Source of the DNA: an uncultured virus (IMG/VR IMGVR_UViG_3300028557_002174)
Taxonomy: Duplodnaviria; Heunggongvirae; Uroviricota; Caudoviricetes
Virus record (IMG/VR): IMGVR_UViG_3300028557_002174
Location: 1-64,000 of that record
DNA length: 64,000 nt
Direction: 5' to 3' (one strand)
The position numbers were made by a program, and so were the translations under genes. Positions within the stretch are counted from its first letter, which is position 1, and each line of letters begins with the position of its first letter. Of this stretch, positions 1-10,102 are shown piece by piece. Under the pieces are notes generated by a model that searched no databases, had not been told where the DNA came from, and saw only the letters and a list, made by a program, of their open reading frames with translations.

Positions 1-1
1 T

Positions 2-469
2 GGTGGTGGAATTAATACCGGAGCTGGTACTATAACCCTTGTTGGTGGTGACATTGACATGAGTGCTGCGCCTGGTAACATCGAAGGTGGTGGTGTTGCA
101 AACCTTCTTAACTTTGATAACGTCACCGCAAACAGTAAGTCGTTTGATATTCCTCACCCAACAAAAGAAGGATGGAGATTGAGATACGGTAACTTGGAAG
201 GTCCTGAACACGGAGTTTACTTCAGAGGACACGCAACAAGTAAAGTGATTGAACTCCCTGATTATTGGATAGGACTTGTTCACGACACAGATTGGACAGT
301 TCAACTTACACCAATCTCAGGACCTTGTGTTCACTGGGTTGAGAAGATTGAAAACAATAAGGTTTACATTAACTGTCAAGATGGAACACCAAATTGTTAC
401 TTCACAGTCTTCGCAGAACGTAAGGATGTATCTAAAGTTCTGTTGGAATACAAACCGATAAAAGAATAA
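2..469 (+). CDS. 3' part of a probable tail-fibre/structural protein with a conserved C-terminal 'F-x-I-x-HP...LRYGNLEGPE' domain; 5' end lies outside the window
   Basis: Frame is open from position 2 (GGGINTGAGTITLVGGDIDM...). Gly-rich segment followed by KSFDIPHPTKEGWRLRYGNLEGPEHGVYFRG, a motif I recognise from C-termini of large-phage fibre proteins. Confidence 0.55.
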   Translation, partial: GGGINTGAGTITLVGGDIDMSAAPGNIEGGGVANLLNFDNVTANSKSFDIPHPTKEGWRLRYGNLEGPEHGVYFRGHATSKVIELPDYWIGLVHDTDWTVQLTPISGPCVHWVEKIENNKVYINCQDGTPNCYFTVFAERKDVSKVLLEYKPIKE

Positions 470-481
470 AGATTATAAAAG

Positions 482-509
482 AAAAGGGGGTTGAAAAACC
501 CCCTTTTTT
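482..509. terminator. Bidirectional intrinsic terminator between convergent genes
   Basis: aaaagggggtt-gaaa-aacccccttttt hairpin with A and T tracts on either side, between stops at 469(+) and 512(-). Confidence 0.85.
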
Positions 510-511
510 AT

Positions 512-1258
512 TTAACGATTGTCAATATAAATAATAACTTCATTATAATACTCTATAAAATGTTCGTTCCATAAGTCCCATTTTATATCAAAACCATCAA
601 TAGAGTATATTTCAAATTTTTTAAATTTAGTTAAGTAGTTGTCTCTAAAATTTCTAAATTTATTCTTATTCAGTGGGGTATTCAAATGCCACTCACCTGT
701 AATTTTTTTCACATTCAAAAGAATATACTCAATATTCTCATCGTTGAATATATCGTATTCACCACCTTCACAATCAGTTTTCATAAAATCTATCTTACCC
801 AATGAATATAAATCTATAAATGTTGAGAATTTAATAGACTCCATTTCATTTTCCCCACCAAAAAGTTGTGAATTTTCAATAATATTATTTTCGGGTCCAA
901 TCCCTTTGAATATTTGAGTTACAGGATTACCTATAGTGTTTTTAACTAAAGTTTTAAACTCTTTTTTACTTGGCTCAAAACAAAAAACGTGTTTTGGATT
1001 TTTATGTAAAATTGAATATGTGAAAGGACCAAGACTTGCCCCGATATCTAAAACAATATCACTTGGTTCCACTTCAAAAAATCTTTCATAAATCCTCCAT
1101 TCAAAAATTTCAGATATTAAAGAATTCTTATGAAACTCACTTATATGAATTGCAGAACCATCTTGATTTATGTGCCAAAGATATTGTGTCTCACCATCAA
1201 CGTCGTATTCAACAGGATTACTCATCCAACCCCAATCAAAATTTGAAATATCTATCAT
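512..1258 (-). CDS. FkbM-family SAM-dependent methyltransferase
   Basis: VLDIGASLG motif I, FEPS, and IDFMKTDCEGGEYDI motifs. Confidence 0.85.
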   Translation of the reverse strand: MIDISNFDWGWMSNPVEYDVDGETQYLWHINQDGSAIHISEFHKNSLISEIFEWRIYERFFEVEPSDIVLDIGASLGPFTYSILHKNPKHVFCFEPSKKEFKTLVKNTIGNPVTQIFKGIGPENNIIENSQLFGGENEMESIKFSTFIDLYSLGKIDFMKTDCEGGEYDIFNDENIEYILLNVKKITGEWHLNTPLNKNKFRNFRDNYLTKFKKFEIYSIDGFDIKWDLWNEHFIEYYNEVIIYIDNR

Positions 1259-3546
1259 ATTGGTAAACTATTGAACACTGTTAATGGTGAAATAGACTTT
1301 TCACAAATGTGTTGTTTATCCGTTCCTTTCCAAACAGGACACCAATCCCAATCACCTGGGTCAAACTTAAAGTTGGTATTTGCCCAACAAGAGTTACAAG
1401 CGTTTTCGTTGATTATTCTTGTGATGTTGGTTTGAAACTCGTGGTGTTTGGGGGTGAATCCACTAATCATTACGGTATGTTTACCAACACCCCAATTCAT
1501 CCAAGCCATGCCTGAACTTGGGGATACTAAGAATTCTGAATGATAAAGGATGTTAAGTGCATCATTGAGAGATTTTCCGTAAATACATTTCGCACCTTTA
1601 ACAGAGTATGGTTTTGTTGTAAGAATTACAACTTCATAACCTTTTTTAATTAATTGGTCTGTTAAGTAACACCATCCTTCATAAGTCCATTCTTTACAAC
1701 CCGCTGTTGATTCGGGAGCCAAGACAACGTATTTGTTTTTGAATGGTCTTTCCTTTACATCAAAGAAAATACCATAATTACGTTCAACATAATCAAGACC
1801 TAAAATATCTGTTGCGGTTTGTTGAAGTGGTAGTGTTTGAATATAGTTCGGATAACTGTCTAACTTATTCCATTTTCCTTCTTCAGACATAAACCAACCA
1901 ACTCTATAAAGTGCGTGACAGTTTGTAGAACGTCCTGGTTCAATAAATTCAATACTTTCATAGTTAGGGTTATTTTTAAACCAACTATTGTGGAAGGTAC
2001 TCAAAACTACCTGACAGTTATGTTTTTTCTGAAATTCTATTGCATATGGTGCCCAAGCAATTGTATCACCAATTGATTTTGATTCAAATGAAATAAGAAC
2101 TCTTTTTCCTGTTAAATCAAGTTCCCCAACAATTTTACCATTAACTCTAATCCTCCACTTTGTATAATATTTTCTACCACATTGAACCCAATGATTGTTT
2201 TTCATGGTATGAGAATGAATTACATTATCTTTCTCATCTAAAAACTCAACAAAATAAGTTCTATCTTCATCACCTGATATATCAACCTTTGGGCCGTCAA
2301 GATAAAAAACAGAAATTTTATTATTGTCAACGTCGGTCTTTTTATGGTTTTTCATGAACTCAACAACGGTATTATAACCGATTTCACCAATTCTTTCCCA
2401 AGAGAATTCTTTATGAATCTCAATAGCATCTTTAATTGCGTCTAATTTACATTGTTTGTAATTTTTATAAACAAACCTCATCTTTTCTGATAAATCATTG
2501 AAATCAGGTTCATAATAGTTTCCTGGTAAATCGCTCATTGTGTATCTACCGTAGTCATTTGAATTCGCCGGTTTTTCACCAATAATCTTTACAGGAATAC
2601 CCTTACCTTCGGCAAACTCCATTTGAGCGCAACACTCAGAATAAATTGACGGGGTACCACAAGCCATGGCTTCGATAAGTGGTAAGTTCCATCCTTCAGA
2701 CCTTGCACAAGAAACAAACACGTGACCTGTTTTAAGGTATTTGATATAATCTTCTCTTGTTGGGAAGTGAATCATTTTGATTCTTGGGTCAGTTAGACCG
2801 TAAGCCTCCAATCGTTCCTCAGTGGTTTTATAACCATCCATTTCTTCACCCCACATATTGTCAATCGACACAACCAAATCTACGGGTTCGTCAGGTGAGA
2901 ACGTCTTTAAGAATGTTTGAATTATTTCCTTGGTTGATTTTCTGTAATCCCAACGACCAAACAATAGAAACTTGAACCGACCATCATTATATTGTTCCAA
3001 CTTTTCAACTTCTTCAGGAAAGAATGTATGAATATCAACACCTTCAGGTACAACTTTAACTTTGTTTGGGTTAGCGCCTTGGTTGATAGTACATTCTCTT
3101 TGCCATTTACTTGGAACCCAAATCTCGTCGTACTTTAAAAGTTCGTTGAAGAACTCTTCAGGTTGTAAAGTTGATTCCCAAACGTTATACGCTATTTTTG
3201 GACCAACATAATCTTGATAGAAGATATGATGGTTTGTTTCACTTAATACAATGTTAACGTCTTGAAAAAACTCTTTTGACTTGTCAGGGTAAATTAGAAA
3301 GTCCTCTAACTTACCTTCAGAGTTATACAAAATCTGTTTGTATAACATTGATTTATCGACATCATTAATGTAAGGTTCGTTATCATGGGGGGTTAAGTTA
3401 TAACCATTCCAACTGTTACCAACAGTAAAGTTTCTTACTTTAACTTTTGTGTGTTTTGATAGTTCTCTTAAAAAATCTCTTGTGTGGTTATTATACCCTG
3501 TTGTTCCGATGTAAGACCCATGAACATAAATTTTTGGTTTTTCCAT
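1255..3546 (-). CDS. Two-domain glycosyltransferase: N-terminal GT4 (GT-B) fused to a C-terminal Aah/TibC-like (BAHT, GT9-related) protein O-heptosyltransferase
   Basis: GT4 signature RSEGWNLPLIEAMACGTP. C-terminal SIGDTIAWAPYAIEFQKKHNC, SSGMAWMNW..GKHTVMISGF and CNSCW-(x)-C-x11-C (C-x2-C-x15-C-x11-C) iron-finger pattern. Confidence 0.85.
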   Translation of the reverse strand: MEKPKIYVHGSYIGTTGYNNHTRDFLRELSKHTKVKVRNFTVGNSWNGYNLTPHDNEPYINDVDKSMLYKQILYNSEGKLEDFLIYPDKSKEFFQDVNIVLSETNHHIFYQDYVGPKIAYNVWESTLQPEEFFNELLKYDEIWVPSKWQRECTINQGANPNKVKVVPEGVDIHTFFPEEVEKLEQYNDGRFKFLLFGRWDYRKSTKEIIQTFLKTFSPDEPVDLVVSIDNMWGEEMDGYKTTEERLEAYGLTDPRIKMIHFPTREDYIKYLKTGHVFVSCARSEGWNLPLIEAMACGTPSIYSECCAQMEFAEGKGIPVKIIGEKPANSNDYGRYTMSDLPGNYYEPDFNDLSEKMRFVYKNYKQCKLDAIKDAIEIHKEFSWERIGEIGYNTVVEFMKNHKKTDVDNNKISVFYLDGPKVDISGDEDRTYFVEFLDEKDNVIHSHTMKNNHWVQCGRKYYTKWRIRVNGKIVGELDLTGKRVLISFESKSIGDTIAWAPYAIEFQKKHNCQVVLSTFHNSWFKNNPNYESIEFIEPGRSTNCHALYRVGWFMSEEGKWNKLDSYPNYIQTLPLQQTATDILGLDYVERNYGIFFDVKERPFKNKYVVLAPESTAGCKEWTYEGWCYLTDQLIKKGYEVVILTTKPYSVKGAKCIYGKSLNDALNILYHSEFLVSPSSGMAWMNWGVGKHTVMISGFTPKHHEFQTNITRIINENACNSCWANTNFKFDPGDWDWCPVWKGTDKQHICEKSISPLTVFNSLPI

Positions 3547-3602
3547 ATAAAGTGTTAAGTTGATTATTGAAAATATATTATTTTATTCTATTTTTTCAAC
3601 AT

Positions 3603-4247
3603 ATGGCAAATGGTATTTATAAAATTACAGAAGATTTTGAGAAAGCTCTTTCAGATTATACGGGTGCACCATATGTGATTACCGTAGATAATATGAGTAA
3701 TGCTTTGTTTTTGGCGTTGTATTATGAAAAAAACGTTAAAAAAAGTATTACTGATGATAAAGTAGGAATTCCTTGTAGAACATATCCTTCGGTTCCGTGT
3801 GAGATTATTCATGCGGGTCTTAAAGTTGATTTTGAACCTATTGAAGGTAAAACAATTAAAGGTATGTACCAACTCAAGGGAAGTAATGTTTGGGATTCGG
3901 CATTAAGTTTTACAGCTGATATGTATAAACCAAACCAACACATTTGTGTTTCATTCACAGGTCCTTACAAACATTTCAAATTAAGTAAGGGTGGTGCAAT
4001 ATTGACAGATAGTCTTGAGGCGTATCACTGGTTTAAAAGAGCGAGATATAGTGGAAGACGTGAATGTTCTTATCATGACGATTACTTAGATATGATAGGG
4101 TGGAACTTCTACATGATGCCTGAATTGGCTGCAAGAGGATTACTTCTTATGAACCAATTCTACAATCTTGATGGTAGTAAAAAACATAACGAGGATTTGG
4201 AATTACCATATCCTGATTTATCAAAGTTTGATGTTTATAAACAATGA
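3603..4247 (+). CDS. DegT/DnrJ/EryC1/StrS-like PLP-dependent sugar aminotransferase (short form)
   Basis: FEKALSDYTGAPY..VDNMSNALFLAL, WDSA, SFTGPYKHFKLSKGGAILTD (Schiff-base Lys region), GWNFYM. ATG at 3603 is more likely than TTG at 3567. Confidence 0.75.
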   Translation: MANGIYKITEDFEKALSDYTGAPYVITVDNMSNALFLALYYEKNVKKSITDDKVGIPCRTYPSVPCEIIHAGLKVDFEPIEGKTIKGMYQLKGSNVWDSALSFTADMYKPNQHICVSFTGPYKHFKLSKGGAILTDSLEAYHWFKRARYSGRRECSYHDDYLDMIGWNFYMMPELAARGLLLMNQFYNLDGSKKHNEDLELPYPDLSKFDVYKQ

Positions 4248-4822
4248 AAAAAGCTTTGATTGGGTATGGGGGACACGCTCGTGAGGTTATGGCTCAAATG
4301 GGAGTTAAACTTACTTGTTTTGTTGACGATGAATATGTTGTTGAAGGAACACTACCATTATCAAAGTTTAACCCAAAAAAATATGCTTTGATGGTTGCAG
4401 TTGCAGACTCAAAGGATAGGTTTGATATAGTTCAAAGATTACCAAAAGAAACAAAATATTTTACTTGGATTCACCCAACTGCTTTAATCATGAGTGATGA
4501 TGTTGAAATTGGTGAAGGTAGTTTTATAGGTGCTCATTCAATCTTAACAACTAATATAAAAATAGGTAAACATGCGTTACTAAATAGAGGTAACCATATT
4601 GGTCACGATTGTGAAATTGGTAATTATTTTAGTGCGATGCCAGGAGCAATTGTTTCAGGTAATGTTACAATTCATGATTTAGTTTATATGGGTAATAATT
4701 CATCAATTAAGGAAAAATTATCAATTCATTCATTAACAACTATAGGTATGAATGGTGCGGTTGTTAAAGACATAGAAGAACTAGGAATTTATGTCGGTGT
4801 CCCAACAAAAAAAATATTATAA
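4244..4822 (+). CDS. NeuD/PglD-family sugar N/O-acetyltransferase (hexapeptide repeat)
   Basis: IGYGGHAREV N-terminus, IHPTA, IGHDC, left-handed beta-helix repeats, YVGVP. Confidence 0.9.
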   Translation: MKKALIGYGGHAREVMAQMGVKLTCFVDDEYVVEGTLPLSKFNPKKYALMVAVADSKDRFDIVQRLPKETKYFTWIHPTALIMSDDVEIGEGSFIGAHSILTTNIKIGKHALLNRGNHIGHDCEIGNYFSAMPGAIVSGNVTIHDLVYMGNNSSIKEKLSIHSLTTIGMNGAVVKDIEELGIYVGVPTKKIL

Positions 4823-5823
4823 TGAAAGATTTAATCTTAATTACCGCTTATTGTCCTGACGAACATAGAGAAAATATTCTAAGAAATTTAGTAAATTCAC
4901 TCTTAAAATTTAAAGATACTTTTGATACTTTAATTGTTAGTCATACACCAATCCCTTTTGATATTCAAAATAAAGTTAATTATTGTTTTTATGATAGTAA
5001 AAATGAGATACTTACTGATTGGGATTTACTTAACCAACCTTGGTTTAATCCAAATAATGAAAGAAGAATTCAGTCTTCATTTTTAACTGGAAAAAATACA
5101 CATCTTGCAATATGGAGAATGATGATATTGGGATTTTCGTTAGCAAAAAATATGGGATATAACAAAGTTCACCACATTGAGTACGATTGTAATATTGAAA
5201 ACATTGAAGAGTTTAAAAATAACTCTGTATTATTAGATGAATTTGATTCTGTAATTTATATTGATAGTAGAGAAAATGTTGATGACATTTTATTCGGAAG
5301 TTTCCAATCATATTTGTTACCAACATTAGATAAGTTTCTGATTAATTTAGATGAGGGAAAAATAGTTGAGATGATTAGACAATCAGAAACTAAATCACCT
5401 GAATTGATGCTTCAGAAAATATTGGAAGATAGTGGAAAAGTTTTTAAAAAAGACAGACATAGTCTCGAAGTAAATGGAAATAAATTCGGTATAATTGATG
5501 GACAAGTTGGTGTTAAGTTTATACCATGGGCGGTACCTTTTTACGATAAATTAAACGATACTATTGGATTTGTTGTTTGGAATACAAAAAATCAAAATGG
5601 TGTTGAACACATTATAATTCTTAATAATGATAGGATTGTTAATATACCAACAACATTATTAAACCATTGGAGATTAGTTAATTTAGGTAATGTAAATGAA
5701 ATCCAAAGTATATTAATAATTGAAAATGGTGAAATTAGAAATAAATTTAAATTAAATAGTAATGAAGAAATTGATATCTTCAAAAAAAGTAGTTTCAGAT
5801 ATAAAGAATCATTTCAAATATGA
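4822..5823 (+). CDS. Hypothetical protein, putative glycosyltransferase (GT-A-like)
   Basis: LILITAY N-terminal strand, HIEYD acidic motif; translationally coupled within the glycosylation operon; resembles the N-terminus of 7854..9653. Confidence 0.45.
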   Translation: MKDLILITAYCPDEHRENILRNLVNSLLKFKDTFDTLIVSHTPIPFDIQNKVNYCFYDSKNEILTDWDLLNQPWFNPNNERRIQSSFLTGKNTHLAIWRMMILGFSLAKNMGYNKVHHIEYDCNIENIEEFKNNSVLLDEFDSVIYIDSRENVDDILFGSFQSYLLPTLDKFLINLDEGKIVEMIRQSETKSPELMLQKILEDSGKVFKKDRHSLEVNGNKFGIIDGQVGVKFIPWAVPFYDKLNDTIGFVVWNTKNQNGVEHIIILNNDRIVNIPTTLLNHWRLVNLGNVNEIQSILIIENGEIRNKFKLNSNEEIDIFKKSSFRYKESFQI

Positions 5824-6374
5824 ATATAGAAAACATACATCTTTGGCATGCAGATAGGGGTACCTATTTTGACCGACATGTAAACATAATTTCATGGAGT
5901 GACCAATACAATGTTAGGGTTGGTAAATACAATTCAATTGGTAGGGATTGTAATTTTTTCTTACACGCTAATCACAGACCTGACTGGGTTACAACCTCAT
6001 CACAACTTTGGGGTCCTGTAAATCACGAGATTGCTCAAATGCATATGGATATGGGCCACCCATCCTGCAAAGGTGACATTATTATTGAAAATGACGTATG
6101 GATTGGTGCTAACTCAACGATTATGTCAGGTATAAAAATTGGTAATGGTGCTATAGTGGCGGCTGGTTCTACAGTTACTAAAGATGTTCCTCCATACGCA
6201 ATTGTTGCCGGTAATCCTGCTAAAGTTGTTAAGTATAGATTTACCGAAGAGCAAATTGAAAAACTATTATCAATTTCTTGGTGGGATTGGGATGAACAAA
6301 AAATTAGAGACAATGCAATGGATATGTGGTCCGATGATATAGATGGGTTTATTAATAAGTTTTATGGAAATTAA
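5820..6374 (+). CDS. CatB/Vat-like hexapeptide O-acetyltransferase
   Basis: KGDIIIENDVWIG...GAIVAAGSTVTKDVPPYAIVAGNPAKVVKYRF...WWDW. Confidence 0.9.
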   Translation: MNIENIHLWHADRGTYFDRHVNIISWSDQYNVRVGKYNSIGRDCNFFLHANHRPDWVTTSSQLWGPVNHEIAQMHMDMGHPSCKGDIIIENDVWIGANSTIMSGIKIGNGAIVAAGSTVTKDVPPYAIVAGNPAKVVKYRFTEEQIEKLLSISWWDWDEQKIRDNAMDMWSDDIDGFINKFYGN

Positions 6375-7857
6375 AAAAATAATATTTGCAAGTGATGACT
6401 CTTATTTCTTAGAGTTTTGGCCAATTCAGGCTAAATTGTGTCGAGAAATATTTGGTTGGGAACCAGTCCTTTTTAAAATTTCTGATGAAGATAGTGAGTT
6501 CTATGATGATGGAAACGGATTGGTAAAAAATGTTAAATTTGTTGAAGGAATACACACAGCAATTCAAGCCTGTACCGTTAGAATGTTCGGTACCAAATAC
6601 TTTCCTGATGATGTTTGTATTTGTGGTGATTTAGATATGTTGATGATTAATAAAAATTATTTTGTCGAACAACTAAAACACTACTCAGAAGATTCTTTAG
6701 TTATCATGTCGAGTGATGCATATGACTTAAGCAGACCTGAATCAAATGACTTGTTTCAAGAAGAACCACTACCATTCAAACAAGAGATGTATGGTTATAT
6801 CTACAACGCAGGTAAGGGTAAAACTTTTACAAAAATTTTAAATTCTGATTGTTCTTTTGACGAATTTATGAATAGACACTCAAACTACAAAGATGGTTAT
6901 AAAATTATGTGGTTGATTGATGAGTTCTATTTTTCAGATTGTGTAAATACCAATCAACACGATGTTGAAATCATCAAATTAAAACGAGGGCATTATAGTA
7001 AATTTTTAACCCCAAGGAGAATTGAAAGACATAACTTTCCTGTAGAATTAAAATGGGACGGTGAAATAGAAAACCAAAAAAAATATGGGGTGTATGATTT
7101 AGATAAGTTGAAACAAGGTTTTTATATTGATGTTAATTGTGTTAGACCTTACAGTGATTATAAAGATGCTATTGATGAGGTTGTAAATATTATTCTTGAA
7201 AATCAGAACAATAGTGATATGTATGGTCTGGGTCTAAAATACAATACAGACAAAGTATTGGAACATAGATATGATAGAATTTATGAAAAGTTTTTGGAAC
7301 CATTAAGTAATAAAAAAATAAAATTATTTGAAATTGGTTCTGGTAGCGAAGCGGCGTCTTTTAGAATGTGGATTGAATATTTTAAAAACGGTATGATTTA
7401 CGCTATGGATATCTCTGAAGAAAGAAATCAAGAAAGAGGTATTATGTATAAAGGTGACCAAAGTAAAATCGAAGACTTGGAAAGAATGTTTAATTTGATA
7501 GGTCAGTGTGATGTTATTATTGATGACGGAAGTCACCAACCACAACACCAAATAGAAACATTTAATTACCTATTTGAAAATATGTTAAAAGAAGGTGGAG
7601 TTTACATCATTGAAGATATTGAATGTAACTATTGGAATCCCAAAGAAACCATATATGGATATGAGATTGGTAATTATAATGTTATTGATTATTTTTCTTC
7701 AGTCCCACACAAAATAAACTCTAACTTTAGTAGGGTTAAAAATCACCAAAATATTGAATCAATTACGCATTATAAGAATTGTATTATTATAACTAAAAAA
7801 AGTGTTGAAGAAATTTTAGGTGTTAAAAAAGATTATAGATTTGGATTTATGTTATGA
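6364..7857 (+). CDS. Fusion of a putative glycosyltransferase and a class I SAM sugar O-methyltransferase
   Basis: N-terminal GDLDML (DxD). C-terminal TDK..HRY...Y, LFEIG, IIDDGSH, GGVYIIEDI. ATG at 6364 preferred. Confidence 0.7.
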   Translation: MEIKKIIFASDDSYFLEFWPIQAKLCREIFGWEPVLFKISDEDSEFYDDGNGLVKNVKFVEGIHTAIQACTVRMFGTKYFPDDVCICGDLDMLMINKNYFVEQLKHYSEDSLVIMSSDAYDLSRPESNDLFQEEPLPFKQEMYGYIYNAGKGKTFTKILNSDCSFDEFMNRHSNYKDGYKIMWLIDEFYFSDCVNTNQHDVEIIKLKRGHYSKFLTPRRIERHNFPVELKWDGEIENQKKYGVYDLDKLKQGFYIDVNCVRPYSDYKDAIDEVVNIILENQNNSDMYGLGLKYNTDKVLEHRYDRIYEKFLEPLSNKKIKLFEIGSGSEAASFRMWIEYFKNGMIYAMDISEERNQERGIMYKGDQSKIEDLERMFNLIGQCDVIIDDGSHQPQHQIETFNYLFENMLKEGGVYIIEDIECNYWNPKETIYGYEIGNYNVIDYFSSVPHKINSNFSRVKNHQNIESITHYKNCIIITKKSVEEILGVKKDYRFGFML

Positions 7858-9653
7858 AAAAAATAGTTTTAATTAGTACATATTGTGACACAATAGAAAA
7901 AATTGAAATTCTAAAAGAAAATATTATTAAAATAAAATCTTTTGGATTAGATGTTTTAGTAATAAGTCCATTAACATTACCATCAGAAATTATTGAATTG
8001 TCTGATTTTGTTTTCTTTACTAAAGAAAATCCTTTATTGCTTTGGCCTGTTCGTTCTTTTACTTTTTGGAAGTCAGTCTATACTGATGAAGGGTGGGTTA
8101 AAATGCACCACAATTTGGCGGATTATGGATGGGCTGGATTATACCAAGTTAAAAAGTTATCTCAAATTGCATTATCTTATGATTATGACATTTTTTATCA
8201 TATGATATATGACTTAGTAATTGATGACGTTGTAGAAAACGAACTAACTAACGACACTACAAATATCATCCACCCAAGAAGAGACCCACATAATCCTGAT
8301 ACGTTATGGGAAACAACTTTACACTTTATGGTTTTTGATAGACCTATGATGGAAAAAATTGTTAGTGAAATAGAACTTGATGAGTATTTGAGAACAAATG
8401 GTGTCGCAGAAGGTGAAGTTTTAAAATGGAAAAATAAATACAATATACCAACATCAAACCAACCCGTTAAAGACCTAATTTATTATTGGGAGGACACAGA
8501 TTTTTTTAATTACTCTAAGAATGAGAAGTATAAATTATACTTTAATAAGAACGATGATGGGGAAATTTGGTTAGAAGATGGACCAACAAAAGGATGGATT
8601 AACGGTAAATTAAAAATTTTCTTCTATGATGTCAAAGAAAATATTGATTTTAGTTTAAATATTAACGGAGATACACATAACTTCAAGATTAATGACACGG
8701 TGGTAATTGAATTAGATTACGACTCAACTAAAATAGATGAATTTGTAATTTTTGATGGTGAAATGACTTATGATTATTCGGATACCATAAAAAAAACAAA
8801 TCGTAACATATTTTACTACGATGAAATACCTTTTGAAATAGATTACTCACACGAAATACGTATAAACACTAAAGATTTGATTAGAGTATTTAATAAAGAT
8901 AAACTACCATTTTCATTTGAATTTAAAAGACAAATTAACCAGCGTAAAATTTGGGATGTAAAATTATATTCAGATTCTTGGGCAACATTTCCTGATACTG
9001 AAATTGTCGATGTTGTTGTCAAAGACAATCAAGATGAACTGGTGTATCATAGAAAATGGGATGTAAATACTGATGGTGATTTTATTTACAAAAAGTTGTG
9101 GAACTATTGTAAAAACAAAGAAAAATCTAAAGGTGTTGTTGTTGGAACTCATAATGGTGAATTTGGTGAATGGGTTCCTGTTGCGATTGATAAGTTATCC
9201 GAAATAACACTTATTGAGGTTAGTAAAAAACAATTCAATGAGTTAATTAAAAATTACTCGTCATTTGAGAATCTAAAATTTATAAATCAACTAGTTACTA
9301 AAGATGGAACTGATACGGTCTTTTACGAAGGTGGTAAAGGGTATACAAACACTGTTGTAAAAAGAGTTATTGATTATTGGGAGACAGAACCAATAACTGA
9401 AACTGTTAGAGAATCAATTAAATTTTCTGAATTAATAACACCTGATGTTAATTGGGTTCACACTGATGTGGAAGGTATTGATTTTGAATTAATAATGTCA
9501 TTAACGGATGAACAATTATCACATCTTGACATTATTATTTATGAATATAATAACTCAAGTGACAAGGAGAGAGAATTGATTAATAACTTTTTAATTGAAA
9601 AGGGATTTCAAACCTATAGAGAAAAAGGTGTCTCAATTGCCTTTAAGAAATAA
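7854..9653 (+). CDS. Multidomain protein: putative glycosyltransferase plus C-terminal FkbM-like methyltransferase
   Basis: IVLISTYCD..HMIYD N-terminus; C-terminal VVVGTHNG, LIE, HTDVEGID, IIYE. Confidence 0.6.
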   Translation: MKKIVLISTYCDTIEKIEILKENIIKIKSFGLDVLVISPLTLPSEIIELSDFVFFTKENPLLLWPVRSFTFWKSVYTDEGWVKMHHNLADYGWAGLYQVKKLSQIALSYDYDIFYHMIYDLVIDDVVENELTNDTTNIIHPRRDPHNPDTLWETTLHFMVFDRPMMEKIVSEIELDEYLRTNGVAEGEVLKWKNKYNIPTSNQPVKDLIYYWEDTDFFNYSKNEKYKLYFNKNDDGEIWLEDGPTKGWINGKLKIFFYDVKENIDFSLNINGDTHNFKINDTVVIELDYDSTKIDEFVIFDGEMTYDYSDTIKKTNRNIFYYDEIPFEIDYSHEIRINTKDLIRVFNKDKLPFSFEFKRQINQRKIWDVKLYSDSWATFPDTEIVDVVVKDNQDELVYHRKWDVNTDGDFIYKKLWNYCKNKEKSKGVVVGTHNGEFGEWVPVAIDKLSEITLIEVSKKQFNELIKNYSSFENLKFINQLVTKDGTDTVFYEGGKGYTNTVVKRVIDYWETEPITETVRESIKFSELITPDVNWVHTDVEGIDFELIMSLTDEQLSHLDIIIYEYNNSSDKERELINNFLIEKGFQTYREKGVSIAFKK

Positions 9654-10050
9654 CCTCTATTGATGTCCTACCATCGTTCCAATAGTTAACATCACCATAC
9701 CAAACAAAAATTTCTTCTTCTGGTTCAATATCACGATGTGCAACAAATTTAAATGTTCTTGTTTCGTTATCTGAAAACCAATAAGCGTTTGGACTTTCAC
9801 TGTGATTATAAAGACTACCGAACCCTAAAGAAATAACTTGTTCTTTCCAATCTGAAGTTCCCGATGGCCAATTGAATCTATAGTCAATAAACAAAGGACT
9901 TACTTCACCGAATTTCATTGGTAGTGACAAAATTGGACATACTTCAAAAATTTCATCTTTGTTAATTTTTTCACTTGCAAAAACACCTAATCCGTGTACA
10001 GGTGAATTTTTTACATAAATTTTTTGGGGAGGGTGAATATTCAATGTCAT
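9643..10050 (-). CDS. SET-domain protein-lysine methyltransferase
   Basis: SPVHGLGVFA, LYNHSESPNA, RDIEPEEEIFVWYG are the canonical SET motifs. Confidence 0.92.
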   Translation of the reverse strand: MTLNIHPPQKIYVKNSPVHGLGVFASEKINKDEIFEVCPILSLPMKFGEVSPLFIDYRFNWPSGTSDWKEQVISLGFGSLYNHSESPNAYWFSDNETRTFKFVAHRDIEPEEEIFVWYGDVNYWNDGRTSIEVIS

Positions 10051-10102
10051 AATATTACTTTTTTAAAAAAATAGTTTATAATTATGTTATTGAAAATAGA
10101 TT

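Noticed and set aside
5820..6374. Possible antibiotic-resistance gene (CatB/Vat)
   Set aside because: The hexapeptide acetyltransferase fold is generic, and its position inside a glycan operon favours sugar O-acetylation.
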